A DNA stretch of 24,000 nt, from the NCBI GenBank assembly GCA_964354405.1, contig CAYGZP010000001.1:336134-360133 (forward strand). Reading direction: 5' to 3'. Under the pieces are notes generated by a model. The model made no database searches. It saw only the letters and a program-made list of their open reading frames with translations, and was not told the origin of the DNA. Shown here piece after piece: positions 9,052 through 16,668 of this stretch (the stretch's first letter is position 1; each line of letters begins with the position of its first letter). A program made the position numbers and the translations under genes. The stretch comes from Candidatus Woesearchaeota archaeon (lineage in GTDB: Archaea; Nanobdellota; Nanobdellia; Pacearchaeales; UBA284).

Positions 9052-9477
9052 TTAAATGTTAGTGCAAGGGATTGTTTTAGTTTGCTGTGCGCATGGAGCT
9101 TCTCTCTGAACTCCGGACTGGGTTGTGCCAAGCAAATAAGGCACTATCTTTATATTTTTAGTGCAAGTTACAGAAGTTTGTCCACTCGCCGCAGGCATCA
9201 ATTGTCCTATGTCATTAGCATTAGCATCCTTGCCATCACCATAAATTTTTAATTGATTTATAGTAGTGCTGCCGGTGTTTGTAACTTGTAATGCCCCTCC
9301 GCTATACATCGCAGTATAACTTACAGAGGTGCAGACAGTTTCGATTGGAGTTCCATATTTCAATATTGCTTCTTTTTGGAATCCTCTCAACCATAAGAAT
9401 ATCAACAAGAATAGAGCTATGGCAACTACAATTAATAACACAGTTGCAATTACCGGCGATATCCCTTTTTTCTCCAT
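9052..9477 (-). CDS. Archaeal type IV pilin/archaellin N-terminal domain protein
   Basis: MEKKG|ISPVIATVLLIVVAIALFLLIFLWLRGF. TATA-like tatttaaatc about 26 nt upstream of the ATG. Confidence 0.88.
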   Translation of the reverse strand: MEKKGISPVIATVLLIVVAIALFLLIFLWLRGFQKEAILKYGTPIETVCTSVSYTAMYSGGALQVTNTGSTTINQLKIYGDGKDANANDIGQLMPAASGQTSVTCTKNIKIVPYLLGTTQSGVQREAPCAQQTKTIPCTNI

Positions 9478-9512
9478 CGTATTTATATTGAGTTTTAGAT
9501 TTAAATAACTTA

Positions 9513-10025
9513 CTAAGCAGTGCTACCTCCACTACCACAGCCGCTTACTGGAACCTTGACGACTGCATTGCTGCAAAGCTGGAGCTCATTCTTCTCATTA
9601 ATTTTCACAGGATAAATAACTAATTTGTTAATTCTTGTGTAGCTCGCGTAACTTAGACTGCTTGTGATATTTTCATTCACTCCAAAACAATCGTTGCCGC
9701 AGCTCACGCAGTTAGACATGCCCATGCAATCAGGAAGAAACAATAATGAATCATATTCAAATTCGTTGGAAGAATTTATTATCTTTAGTCTTACTCCTGT
9801 GACACTGTGCAATCCTCTGTTTTTCAACTCAAAAGAGAAAATGCCGCCGGAGCAGCTATAATTTTCTAAAACTATATTGACACTCTCGGGACATCCTTCT
9901 TCAGCTAGTGGATGCTCAGCATATGGTTTGATAAAAAACCAGAAGGCCGCTGCCATTGCCAAGGCCAAGGTAATCAACAGCACATATGAAATTAACTCGC
10001 TGATTCCTTTCTTATTCTTTCTCAT
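9513..10025 (-). CDS. Type IV pilin-like protein, Cys-rich (start probably 10025, possibly 10046)
   Basis: MRKNKKG|ISELISYVLLITLALAMAAAFWFFIKPYA, followed by a domain with several cysteines. Confidence 0.75.
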   Translation of the reverse strand: MRKNKKGISELISYVLLITLALAMAAAFWFFIKPYAEHPLAEEGCPESVNIVLENYSCSGGIFSFELKNRGLHSVTGVRLKIINSSNEFEYDSLLFLPDCMGMSNCVSCGNDCFGVNENITSSLSYASYTRINKLVIYPVKINEKNELQLCSNAVVKVPVSGCGSGGSTA

Positions 10026-10560
10026 CACAAACATATTTCTCTCCATCTTTTTCCTCGAGCGCTACGAAATAAAACCGATTATCCTCAGCAAGCTCATATT
10101 GTTTATTAATTTTTTCACTTGATATTGTTATTTGATTATCAGTAAAAGTTTTGATACACCCTGTCATTTGATTAAATGGGCAGTTCCCATCTAATTGTTG
10201 ATTATTGACATCAACTGAAAAACCCAGATAATTGAAAAGTTCAGCCTCTCCATCCTTTCCATAAACATATAACAGTTTGAACTCTGGCGCGCTTACATTC
10301 GTGTAGTTCAAGAATTGAATTGTGAATTCTTTGATTGCTTCTTTTTCATCTCCTTGACTCTCTATAGCATATTTGCTGACTTCTGAAATTTCTTCTTTAT
10401 AGTTTTGACATATGGTTTGAAACTTTTTCCTTGCTACATTTTCCTTGTCTTCATAAGTGGCATTCCATATAACTGCAGTGCTTAATATTATAATCCCAAG
10501 AATTGCTGCGCCGACGATAAAAAACTGCGCTTTTTTGTTTTTCCCTCTTTTTCCTGTCAT
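10012..10560 (-). CDS. Pilin-like membrane-anchored protein (start revised from 10644 to 10560)
   Basis: MTGKRGKNKKA|QFFIVGAAILGIIILSTAVIW. The upstream part of the supplied ORF overlaps SRP RNA. Confidence 0.7.
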   Translation of the reverse strand: MTGKRGKNKKAQFFIVGAAILGIIILSTAVIWNATYEDKENVARKKFQTICQNYKEEISEVSKYAIESQGDEKEAIKEFTIQFLNYTNVSAPEFKLLYVYGKDGEAELFNYLGFSVDVNNQQLDGNCPFNQMTGCIKTFTDNQITISSEKINKQYELAEDNRFYFVALEEKDGEKYVCDEKE

Positions 10561-10565
10561 TTTTT

Positions 10566-10840
10566 TAAGCGGCAGGTTCGAAGATTTGCTTCTATACTTC
10601 TTAACAAGCTTCCCTAACTTTTCCTCGGCCTTGCAACCCCGCAAGCACCTTAACCCTAAATTAGGGCTGCCCTCTTCCGAGACTGACCCGTTTCATTAAG
10701 GCAAGATCAAGCAGGACAAGACGTCAACGTCCAAGTCAGGACCCATTAACAAGCATATGACTCATCCTCTTACAGCCCGCCATAAAGCCCGTTTGCGAAC
10801 GGCGTAGGGCTAGTACGCCAGCCTAACCTGCCAAGGGCTA
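10566..10840 (-). ncRNA. Signal recognition particle RNA (archaeal SRP/7S RNA)
   Basis: Minus strand contains the helix 8 signature ACGGGTCAG-TCTC-GGAA-GAGG-GCAGCCCTAA. Alu-domain hairpins GGCGTA/TACGCC and CCGTT/AACGG; helix-6-like GACG-UUGA-CGUC. The termini pair (GGCAGGTT at 10825-10832 with AACCTGCC at 10571-10578). TATA-like CTTTAAAAG lies upstream near 10855-10863. Exact ends are approximate. Confidence 0.9.
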
Positions 10841-10879
10841 AAAGAACTTCAAACTTTTAAAGATTACTATTTGCTTTGT

Positions 10880-11677
10880 TTAGTGTGTCGAGTGATCTAT
10901 CACTATCTCGAGCTTCGCAAGATTGTTGTTCACTTCTATAGCACAGGCATATCCGTCAGCAAATGAATTGCAGTACTCTTTGTTGTTCAAAGGATCCTCG
11001 GCAAAAACACTGTATTTTCCGTTCACAAGTCTGACATAGTAGTATCCGTATTTATCGGATTCTACAATCATCACTGGATTTCCTGGATTTTTCAAATAAG
11101 TTCCTTCCATTTCGCTTTCTCTCACTGCTTTGTATATCTTTACTTTTGTCTCCAAGAACCTTTTTGAGCAACTTGGGCCTATTGGAAGCATGCAATCTCC
11201 AGAAGCCAATGTAACAAAGCCATAAACTCCTGTAGGTATTGCGCTTATCTTACAATCTTCAAGACAGTTGCAATAGTTCTCGCCCAATCCGCAGATGCCA
11301 TCGCCGCAGTTTATGCAGACACTTGCGCCGACAAGTATGCATCCTTCGCATTCTCCGTCGTGGTTCAAGACACAGTTCATGTCATAGTTCCCGCCGTTTT
11401 GCAAGCCTTCACAGCATTCCACATCAGGAATCACTGGGATATAAGCTCCCTCTGGATAGCAGCAGTCTTCGCCGCAATTAGTGTGGTTCTCGCCCTGTTC
11501 GCAAACTCCGTTTCCACACACTGGCACTGTCGGGGTTTCTGGAGTCTCTGGAAAGATTTTGAAAGGAATCACAAAGAAAATCAAAGTCAACACTGCTAAA
11601 AGAAACACTACCATAATCACTACAGATACACTCTTCTTACTTTTTTCCTTTTTCTCTACACTCTTTTTTTCTTTCAT
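10880..11677 (-). CDS. Membrane-anchored Cys-rich protein with CGNGxCExGEN..C..DC modules (start revised from TTG 11695 to ATG 11677)
   Basis: N-terminal TM (SVVIMVVFLLAVLTLIFFVIPF), then CGNGVCEQGENHTNCGEDC and CGDGICGLGENYCNCLEDC. Confidence 0.75.
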   Translation of the reverse strand: MKEKKSVEKKEKSKKSVSVVIMVVFLLAVLTLIFFVIPFKIFPETPETPTVPVCGNGVCEQGENHTNCGEDCCYPEGAYIPVIPDVECCEGLQNGGNYDMNCVLNHDGECEGCILVGASVCINCGDGICGLGENYCNCLEDCKISAIPTGVYGFVTLASGDCMLPIGPSCSKRFLETKVKIYKAVRESEMEGTYLKNPGNPVMIVESDKYGYYYVRLVNGKYSVFAEDPLNNKEYCNSFADGYACAIEVNNNLAKLEIVIDHSTH

Positions 11678-11711
11678 TTTTATTTTTTGATACAATCTTT
11701 TCTCTATATTC

Positions 11712-11740
11712 TTGATTAAATCTTCTTTCTAAGAAGATTT
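11712..11740 (-). repeat. Hairpin element copy 2 (3' flank of tRNA-Leu)
   Basis: Plus: TTGATTAAATCTTCTTTCTAAGAAGATTT, with stem AAATCTTCTT/AAGAAGATTT. It matches the tRNA intron copy at 11799-11828. Confidence 0.6.
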
Positions 11741-11741
11741 A

Positions 11742-11867
11742 TGCGGGAGGAAGGATTCGAACCTTCGAAGGGACTAACCCACAGGATTTCTTAAGTTTTT
11801 TGATTGAATCTTTTTTCTAAAAAGATTCTCTTAAGTCCTGCTCGTTTGACCACTCCGACACCCCCGC
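11742..11867 (-). tRNA. tRNA-Leu(UAA) with intron 11788..11829 (42 nt)
   Basis: Acceptor GCGGGGG/CUCCCGC, D stem UCG/CGA, anticodon stem CAGGA/UCCUG with loop CUUAAG|A, variable arm GGG-UUAGU-CCC, T arm GAAGG-UUCGAAU-CCUUC, A73. Central BHB helix CUUA/UAAG places the intron at 37/38. Confidence 0.93.
11799..11828 (-). repeat. Hairpin element copy 1 (inside the tRNA-Leu intron)
   Basis: Plus: TTGATTGAATCTTTTTTCTAAAAAAGATTC. Same design as 11712-11740. Confidence 0.6.
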
Positions 11868-11943
11868 ATGCGAGAACTAAACAAAAAGAATATATAAAGT
11901 TTTTTAAGCAAAACTTTTTAAACATCTTTGATTTAATTTGGAT

Positions 11944-12384
11944 ATGGCTAAAAAAGAGGCAATAGATTTACTTTTAGAGAACACTATCGCATTGCAGAAA
12001 ACTCTTGCGAGCTTGGCAGCAGATTTAAAGACACTGAATAAGAAAATTTCAGATTTGCTCGAACTTTTTGAGAGCGCAAGCTCGGCATTCAAGGAAGGAA
12101 AAGCAGGCAAAACCGAGGGAATTCCTTCAGACATCGCAGGAAAAATGGATATGTTAGTGGAACAGAATAAAACCCTAGCCAAAGGACTGCTTTTACTCGA
12201 AAAAACCTTGCGAGGCAAAGAATCTAGTGAAACAGTTTCAATGATGCCTTCATCTTTTACAAGGACTCGGGCAACAAAACCATTAAAGAAAAAACCATTG
12301 CCTGAGGAAGAGGAAGAAGAAATCAAAGTTGAAACTTCAGATGAAGGGTATCAGTCACAGCCATTGCCCGAATTTAGTTTCTGA
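11944..12384 (+). CDS. Coiled-coil protein of unknown function (start revised from TTG 11938 to ATG 11944)
   Basis: MAKKEAIDLLLENTIALQKTLASLAADLKTLNKKISDLLELFES is heptad-like. TATA-like cttttTAAAc about 26 nt upstream of 11944. Confidence 0.6.
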   Translation: MAKKEAIDLLLENTIALQKTLASLAADLKTLNKKISDLLELFESASSAFKEGKAGKTEGIPSDIAGKMDMLVEQNKTLAKGLLLLEKTLRGKESSETVSMMPSSFTRTRATKPLKKKPLPEEEEEEIKVETSDEGYQSQPLPEFSF

Positions 12385-12411
12385 TGAGTTATGGGCTAAG
12401 GAGAATAGGAA

Positions 12412-13200
12412 ATGCCAAAAACAAAAGGCGATTATGATAAAACATTTCTTGAAGAATTTGCAAAACAGATTGCTATTGCAAAACAAAAAGCTCAAAAAGA
12501 AGAGATAGAATTTGAAAAAGAAGAAGCTCCTGTTAAAGTTCGCGTTGCAAAGGAAAAAATAAGGAAAATTGGAGAGATCGAGAAAAAGATAATGCCCTCG
12601 CACTTGAAAGAAGCAGAGAGGCAGCAGATGCTCGCGCGTTTAAGAAAACTTTCTGTTGAAAGAGAGAAAGCTGCAGAACTAAGAGAGGAAGAGATAGCTG
12701 AGAGGGAGCCGATTCCAAAGCCGACTCCATCAGCGATGATTGCTCCCCCGACTGTTGAGTCTCAGCTTGTTCCCCCACCATATTACAAAATTCAGACTGT
12801 AGTTCCAATCCCATTGCCCCCAGCAGCTCCAAGAAGAACAATGCAAGCGCCCCAAGTCCCCCAAGCTCCTGCAGCTCCCAAAACTATTCAAAAGCCCAAA
12901 GTCTCACTTGCAACTTCCATTGATTTGGGCAAGTTGAACACATTTGTGCAGGATAAAACCATAACTTTGATACAATGCGACGGCGAAGGAGTCCCTATAA
13001 AAATTGTAAAACAAGGGAAAGTTTCAGAAACAGTAATCTCGCTCAATGAAACTGAGATAAAAGATATGGTGAAAAGGTTCGCAGACAGGACAAACCAGGC
13101 GATAACCGAGCCAATATTCAAAACACAGCTCGGAAATTTAGCTCTGACAGCTGTAACCTCGACTTTTACAGGTTCGCGTTTTGTTATTTCTAAGATATAA
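12412..13200 (+). CDS. Protein with charged/Pro-rich linker and C-terminal domain resembling the N-terminal domain of type II/IV secretion/pilus ATPases; no ATPase core
   Basis: C-terminus KLNTFVQDKTITLIQCDGEGVPIKIVKQGKVSETVISLNETEIKDMVKRFADRTNQAITEPIFKTQLGNLALTAVTSTFTGSRFVISKI. It resembles 'l..l..D..ItEI..nG.g.PiyV...G.......l...el..lv.r.A......l....P...a.L..g.R..a....v...GS.FtIrK.'. GGAG SD upstream of ATG. Confidence 0.55.
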   Translation: MPKTKGDYDKTFLEEFAKQIAIAKQKAQKEEIEFEKEEAPVKVRVAKEKIRKIGEIEKKIMPSHLKEAERQQMLARLRKLSVEREKAAELREEEIAEREPIPKPTPSAMIAPPTVESQLVPPPYYKIQTVVPIPLPPAAPRRTMQAPQVPQAPAAPKTIQKPKVSLATSIDLGKLNTFVQDKTITLIQCDGEGVPIKIVKQGKVSETVISLNETEIKDMVKRFADRTNQAITEPIFKTQLGNLALTAVTSTFTGSRFVISKI

Positions 13201-13259
13201 GAAAGGTTTATAAGAACCTTATGGTTATTTTTTTCTGCTTAGGGGGCGAGCAAGTTAAA

Positions 13260-14237
13260 ATGGCTAAGGAAAAAACAGGGGACATAGATTCAGCAATATG
13301 GACCGAGAAATACAGGCCCAAGACATTCTTAGATATAGTCGGGCATGAGGATATTGTTAAGCGCGCGAAAGCATTTGTCGAATCAAGGAACATGCCCCAT
13401 CTGTTGTTTGCGGGGCCAGCAGGCTGCGGCAAGACAACTTTAGCATTAATTGTGGCAAAACAATTTTTCAAGGACAAGTGGCATGAGAATTTTCTTGAGC
13501 TCAATGCAAGTGATGAGCGGGGAATTGATGTTGTAAGGCAGAAAGTGAAGGCATTTGCAAGAACCAAGTCACTTGGAGAGATTCCATTCAAGATTATTCT
13601 GTTAGATGAAAGCGATGCTTTGACAAAAGATGCTCAGCATGCTCTAAGAAGAATAATGGAGATGTTTACCACAACCTGCCGTTTCATTCTATCCTGCAAC
13701 GTCTCGAGCAAGATTATTGATCCCATACAATCGCGATGCGCAATCTTCAGATTCAGGCCAGTAGAAAAGAAAGATACAACCAAGATAATTGAGAGAATTT
13801 CCAAAGAAGAGGGTTTCAAGATAAATAATGAAGCTATCGAAGCTTTATTCAGCAAGAGCAATGGCGATTTAAGGCGAGTCATCAACCTGCTTCAGGCAAG
13901 CTCGAGCATTTCAAAGAATATCACGAAAGAAACATTATATGAAGTCATAAGCGAGGCTCAGCCCCACGAAGTCAAAAGCATCTTGGAAACCGCGCTCAAA
14001 GGCAACTTTCTTGACGCCCGAGAAAAGCTGCTTGAGACAATGTTAAAAAGAAGTCTGGGAGGCTTGGACATGATTAAAGCAATATCACAAGAGCTATGGA
14101 ACTTGAATATCAAAGAAGAGGATAAAATAAGATTAATAGAAAAATGCGGAGAGATTGAGTTCAGACTTGTCGAGGGAAGCGATGAATTTATCCAGCTCGA
14201 AGCTCTCCTCGCGTCTTTCATTTCTGTCAAAAAGTGA
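13260..14237 (+). CDS. rfcS: Replication factor C small subunit (start revised from 13221 to 13260)
   Basis: WTEKYRPKTFLDIVGHEDIVKRAKAFVESRNMPHLLFAGPAGCGKTT, NASDERGIDVVR, ILLDESDALTKDAQHALRRIME, FILSCNVSSKIIDPIQSRCAIFRF. Confidence 0.97.
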   Translation: MAKEKTGDIDSAIWTEKYRPKTFLDIVGHEDIVKRAKAFVESRNMPHLLFAGPAGCGKTTLALIVAKQFFKDKWHENFLELNASDERGIDVVRQKVKAFARTKSLGEIPFKIILLDESDALTKDAQHALRRIMEMFTTTCRFILSCNVSSKIIDPIQSRCAIFRFRPVEKKDTTKIIERISKEEGFKINNEAIEALFSKSNGDLRRVINLLQASSSISKNITKETLYEVISEAQPHEVKSILETALKGNFLDAREKLLETMLKRSLGGLDMIKAISQELWNLNIKEEDKIRLIEKCGEIEFRLVEGSDEFIQLEALLASFISVKK

Positions 14238-14246
14238 GGTGAAAAG

Positions 14247-14534
14247 ATGGTAAAAGATATGACTATTTATATAGGGGCATGTCAAGCGAGCGATATTTCA
14301 AATAAACAATATAATCTTATTATACTAAAAGTGATGGAAGCGAGTGGTCTCAAATATGATTTTTGTCCTAAAACAGACCGTGCACACGGAATGAGCCAGA
14401 TAGAATTGCATTTAGAAAACGGAGATTATGAAAAACATAGAGCCATTGCAAGAGATTTGGATTCTAAATTAAAATCCCAGGGAATTAAGGTCAAGAATAT
14501 TCTTGATTTCCGTGGGAAATCTATATTGAGATAA
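14247..14534 (+). CDS. Small conserved-looking protein of unknown function between rfcS and rfcL
   Basis: Complete 95-aa ORF with SD gaggtg 5 nt upstream of ATG; alternating strand/helix character. Confidence 0.6.
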   Translation: MVKDMTIYIGACQASDISNKQYNLIILKVMEASGLKYDFCPKTDRAHGMSQIELHLENGDYEKHRAIARDLDSKLKSQGIKVKNILDFRGKSILR

Positions 14535-14549
14535 ACCTATCAAATAAAA

Positions 14550-15743
14550 ATGTTGCCGTTAACTGAGAAACACAAGCCGAAATTTGACGAGATTGCATGC
14601 TCGCAGGAAGCTAAATCAGCTCTCAAAGCATTCATTCTCGAGTTTCAGAAGCAAAAAAAGAAAGCATGCTTGCTCTTTGGCCCAAGCGGCTGTGGCAAGA
14701 CTTCTTCGATATATGCGCTTGCTTCGCAACTCAGCTATGAAGTCATTGAGCTTAATGCTTCTGACTTTAGGAACAAACAAGAGATTCATGAAATTGTAGG
14801 AAAAGCCTCTCAACAGCAAAGTTTGTTCAGTAAAGGCAAGATTATTTTGATAGATGAATTAGAAGGGATAAGCGGAAATAAAGACAGGGGAGGAATCCAA
14901 GAAGTTGTAAGATTAATAGAACTCACATCATGGCCCATAGTTCTCATAGCAAATGATGCATGGCAGCAGAAATTGCGTCCATTACGCTCCAAATCATTGT
15001 TGATAGAATTCAAAAAGACAGACAAGACAGCAGTTGCCAGGGCTCTCGCGAAAATCGCAGCAAAAGAAAAAATTTCCGCGAGTTTGGAGATACTTGAGGC
15101 AATAGCTCTTGTGAATAATTGTGATGTTCGCGCATCGATTAATGATTTGCAGATGCTCGCTGCGCTGAAAAAACCTTTAAGCAAACTTGATGTTGCTTCA
15201 TTACATGTCCGAGAGAAAGACGAAAGCATTTTCAAAGCATTGCAGACAGTTCTCAAATCAAAAGCCACAACAAATGTATTTGATAATGTTCAGAACATGG
15301 ATCATGATGACTTTTTCTTATGGCTCGATGAAAATATCCCTCGTGAATATAGTGGCCAAGAGCTTGTGAATGCTTATGAAGCTCTGAGCAAGGCAGATGT
15401 TTTTCGCGGAAGAATAAGAAGATGGCAGCATTGGAGGTTTCTTGTATATATCATGGCTTTGCTGACTTATGGCGTTTCAAATGCCAAGAAAGAATCGCGC
15501 AACGGATTCACATCATACAAGCCCCCATCTAGAATTCTAAAGATGTGGCTCGCAAAACAAAAACAGCTCGAGAGGCTTAGCATTGCAGAGAAATTGGCAA
15601 AAGCTACTCATTCATCAAAGAAAGCAGCAAAAAAAGAAATTGATTATTTGAAGCCCGCGTTCAATTCAGCATCAAAAATCCAAGCTCTTGCTAACGAACT
15701 CAAGTTAGAGGAAAAAGAGATTGAATGGCTAAAAGCAGGATAA
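14550..15743 (+). CDS. rfcL: Replication factor C large subunit
   Basis: LTEKHKPKFDEIACSQEAKSALKAFI...LLFGPSGCGKTSSIYALA, ELNASDFRNK, IILIDELEGISGNKDRGGIQEV, PIVLIANDAWQQKLRPLRSKS. Confidence 0.93.
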   Translation: MLPLTEKHKPKFDEIACSQEAKSALKAFILEFQKQKKKACLLFGPSGCGKTSSIYALASQLSYEVIELNASDFRNKQEIHEIVGKASQQQSLFSKGKIILIDELEGISGNKDRGGIQEVVRLIELTSWPIVLIANDAWQQKLRPLRSKSLLIEFKKTDKTAVARALAKIAAKEKISASLEILEAIALVNNCDVRASINDLQMLAALKKPLSKLDVASLHVREKDESIFKALQTVLKSKATTNVFDNVQNMDHDDFFLWLDENIPREYSGQELVNAYEALSKADVFRGRIRRWQHWRFLVYIMALLTYGVSNAKKESRNGFTSYKPPSRILKMWLAKQKQLERLSIAEKLAKATHSSKKAAKKEIDYLKPAFNSASKIQALANELKLEEKEIEWLKAG

Positions 15744-15773
15744 AATATTTTTTTATTCTCACTTACTTTTAAT

Positions 15774-16046
15774 TTAAACTAAGAAAGCTTTTACAAGAAC
15801 TACAATTATAATAATCAAAACAACCGCTCCGAGGATGAATGGCCATGCCGGTGTTTGTTTTACAATAGGAATCTCTGCCTGTTTTATCTCAACTATCTCT
15901 GGCCTTGGCTCAACTTTCACTGGAGTTGGCTTAAGATATTCCTTGACTTTAAATCCGCATTTAGAGCACACATGTCGGATATGAGAACCGGTATCATAAT
16001 ACTTTACCTCTAATGACTTGCCGCACCATTGACAATTGTTTGCCAT
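15774..16046 (-). CDS. Zinc-ribbon protein with C-terminal TM helix
   Basis: CQWCGKSLEVKYYDTGSHIRHVCSKCGFKVKEYL, then AWPFILGAVVLIIIIVVLVKAFLV. Confidence 0.7.
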   Translation of the reverse strand: MANNCQWCGKSLEVKYYDTGSHIRHVCSKCGFKVKEYLKPTPVKVEPRPEIVEIKQAEIPIVKQTPAWPFILGAVVLIIIIVVLVKAFLV

Positions 16047-16153
16047 AGAATTCTTGATATTGTTTAATATTTAAATCTTTTGCCATAATAATCTATATAT
16101 TTCAATACAATATTTAAAGTTAGATTTAAATAATTCATAAGCTTAATTTCATT

Positions 16154-16591
16154 ATGATTCCTAAAGGAAAAGCGATAAAGCTCTATAAGGGCAAGGAAAA
16201 GATAAAAAGATTGATTGAAGAGTTCACAAAAGCGCAGAAAAAAGGTGATATTGTCTACGCGTTTGGTTATGAAGACAAGTTTGACAGTGCTCTCGGCAAG
16301 GGATGGTGGCGAGATTTGAAAAAAGTCAAAAGCGCGCATACAAAGTTTCAGGGAGTTTTCTCATGGCACGCTCGCTCAAGAAAACCTTCGCAGACAAGAG
16401 CAAAAATAAGATACATTAAAGCAGGCAAGGGCAATATTGAAGTTGCAATTTACAAAGACAGTGTGCGGGTGTTTGTATTGACAAAGAAAAATCCATATGC
16501 CATATTAATCAAAGATGCTGAAGTTGCCAAGGGTTTTAAAAATTACTGGAAGTTCTTGTGGCAATGCGGAAAAGAAGCTAAGAAAAAGTAA
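16154..16591 (+). CDS. TrmB-family-like effector domain protein without HTH
   Basis: AIKLYKGKEKIKRLIEEFTKAQKKGDIVYAFGYE and IEVAIYKDSVRVFVLTKKNPYAILIKDAEVAKGFKNYWKFLW match the TrmB effector-region pattern. TATA-like gatttaaata about 27 nt upstream. Confidence 0.6.
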   Translation: MIPKGKAIKLYKGKEKIKRLIEEFTKAQKKGDIVYAFGYEDKFDSALGKGWWRDLKKVKSAHTKFQGVFSWHARSRKPSQTRAKIRYIKAGKGNIEVAIYKDSVRVFVLTKKNPYAILIKDAEVAKGFKNYWKFLWQCGKEAKKK

Positions 16592-16668
16592 AGCTAAGAA
16601 AAATTAAAAGTATAATACACCACAAGAAATCTTTTAAACCTCATTTCTTTTGGTCTATTTAGTCTAAA

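Noticed and set aside
10457-10699. Plus-strand 80-aa ORF
   Set aside because: Antisense to the pilin-like gene and the SRP RNA 3' part, with no protein motif.
11239-11690. Several plus-strand ORFs (11239, 11360, 11481)
   Set aside because: Shadow ORFs antisense to the Cys-rich membrane protein gene; overlapping and low complexity.
12533-12841. Minus-strand 102-aa ORF (and 11904..12326)
   Set aside because: Antisense shadows of charged coiled-coil/linker coding sequence.
15187-15369. Overlapping 60-aa plus ORF inside rfcL
   Set aside because: Out-of-frame ORF inside a confident gene; no motif.
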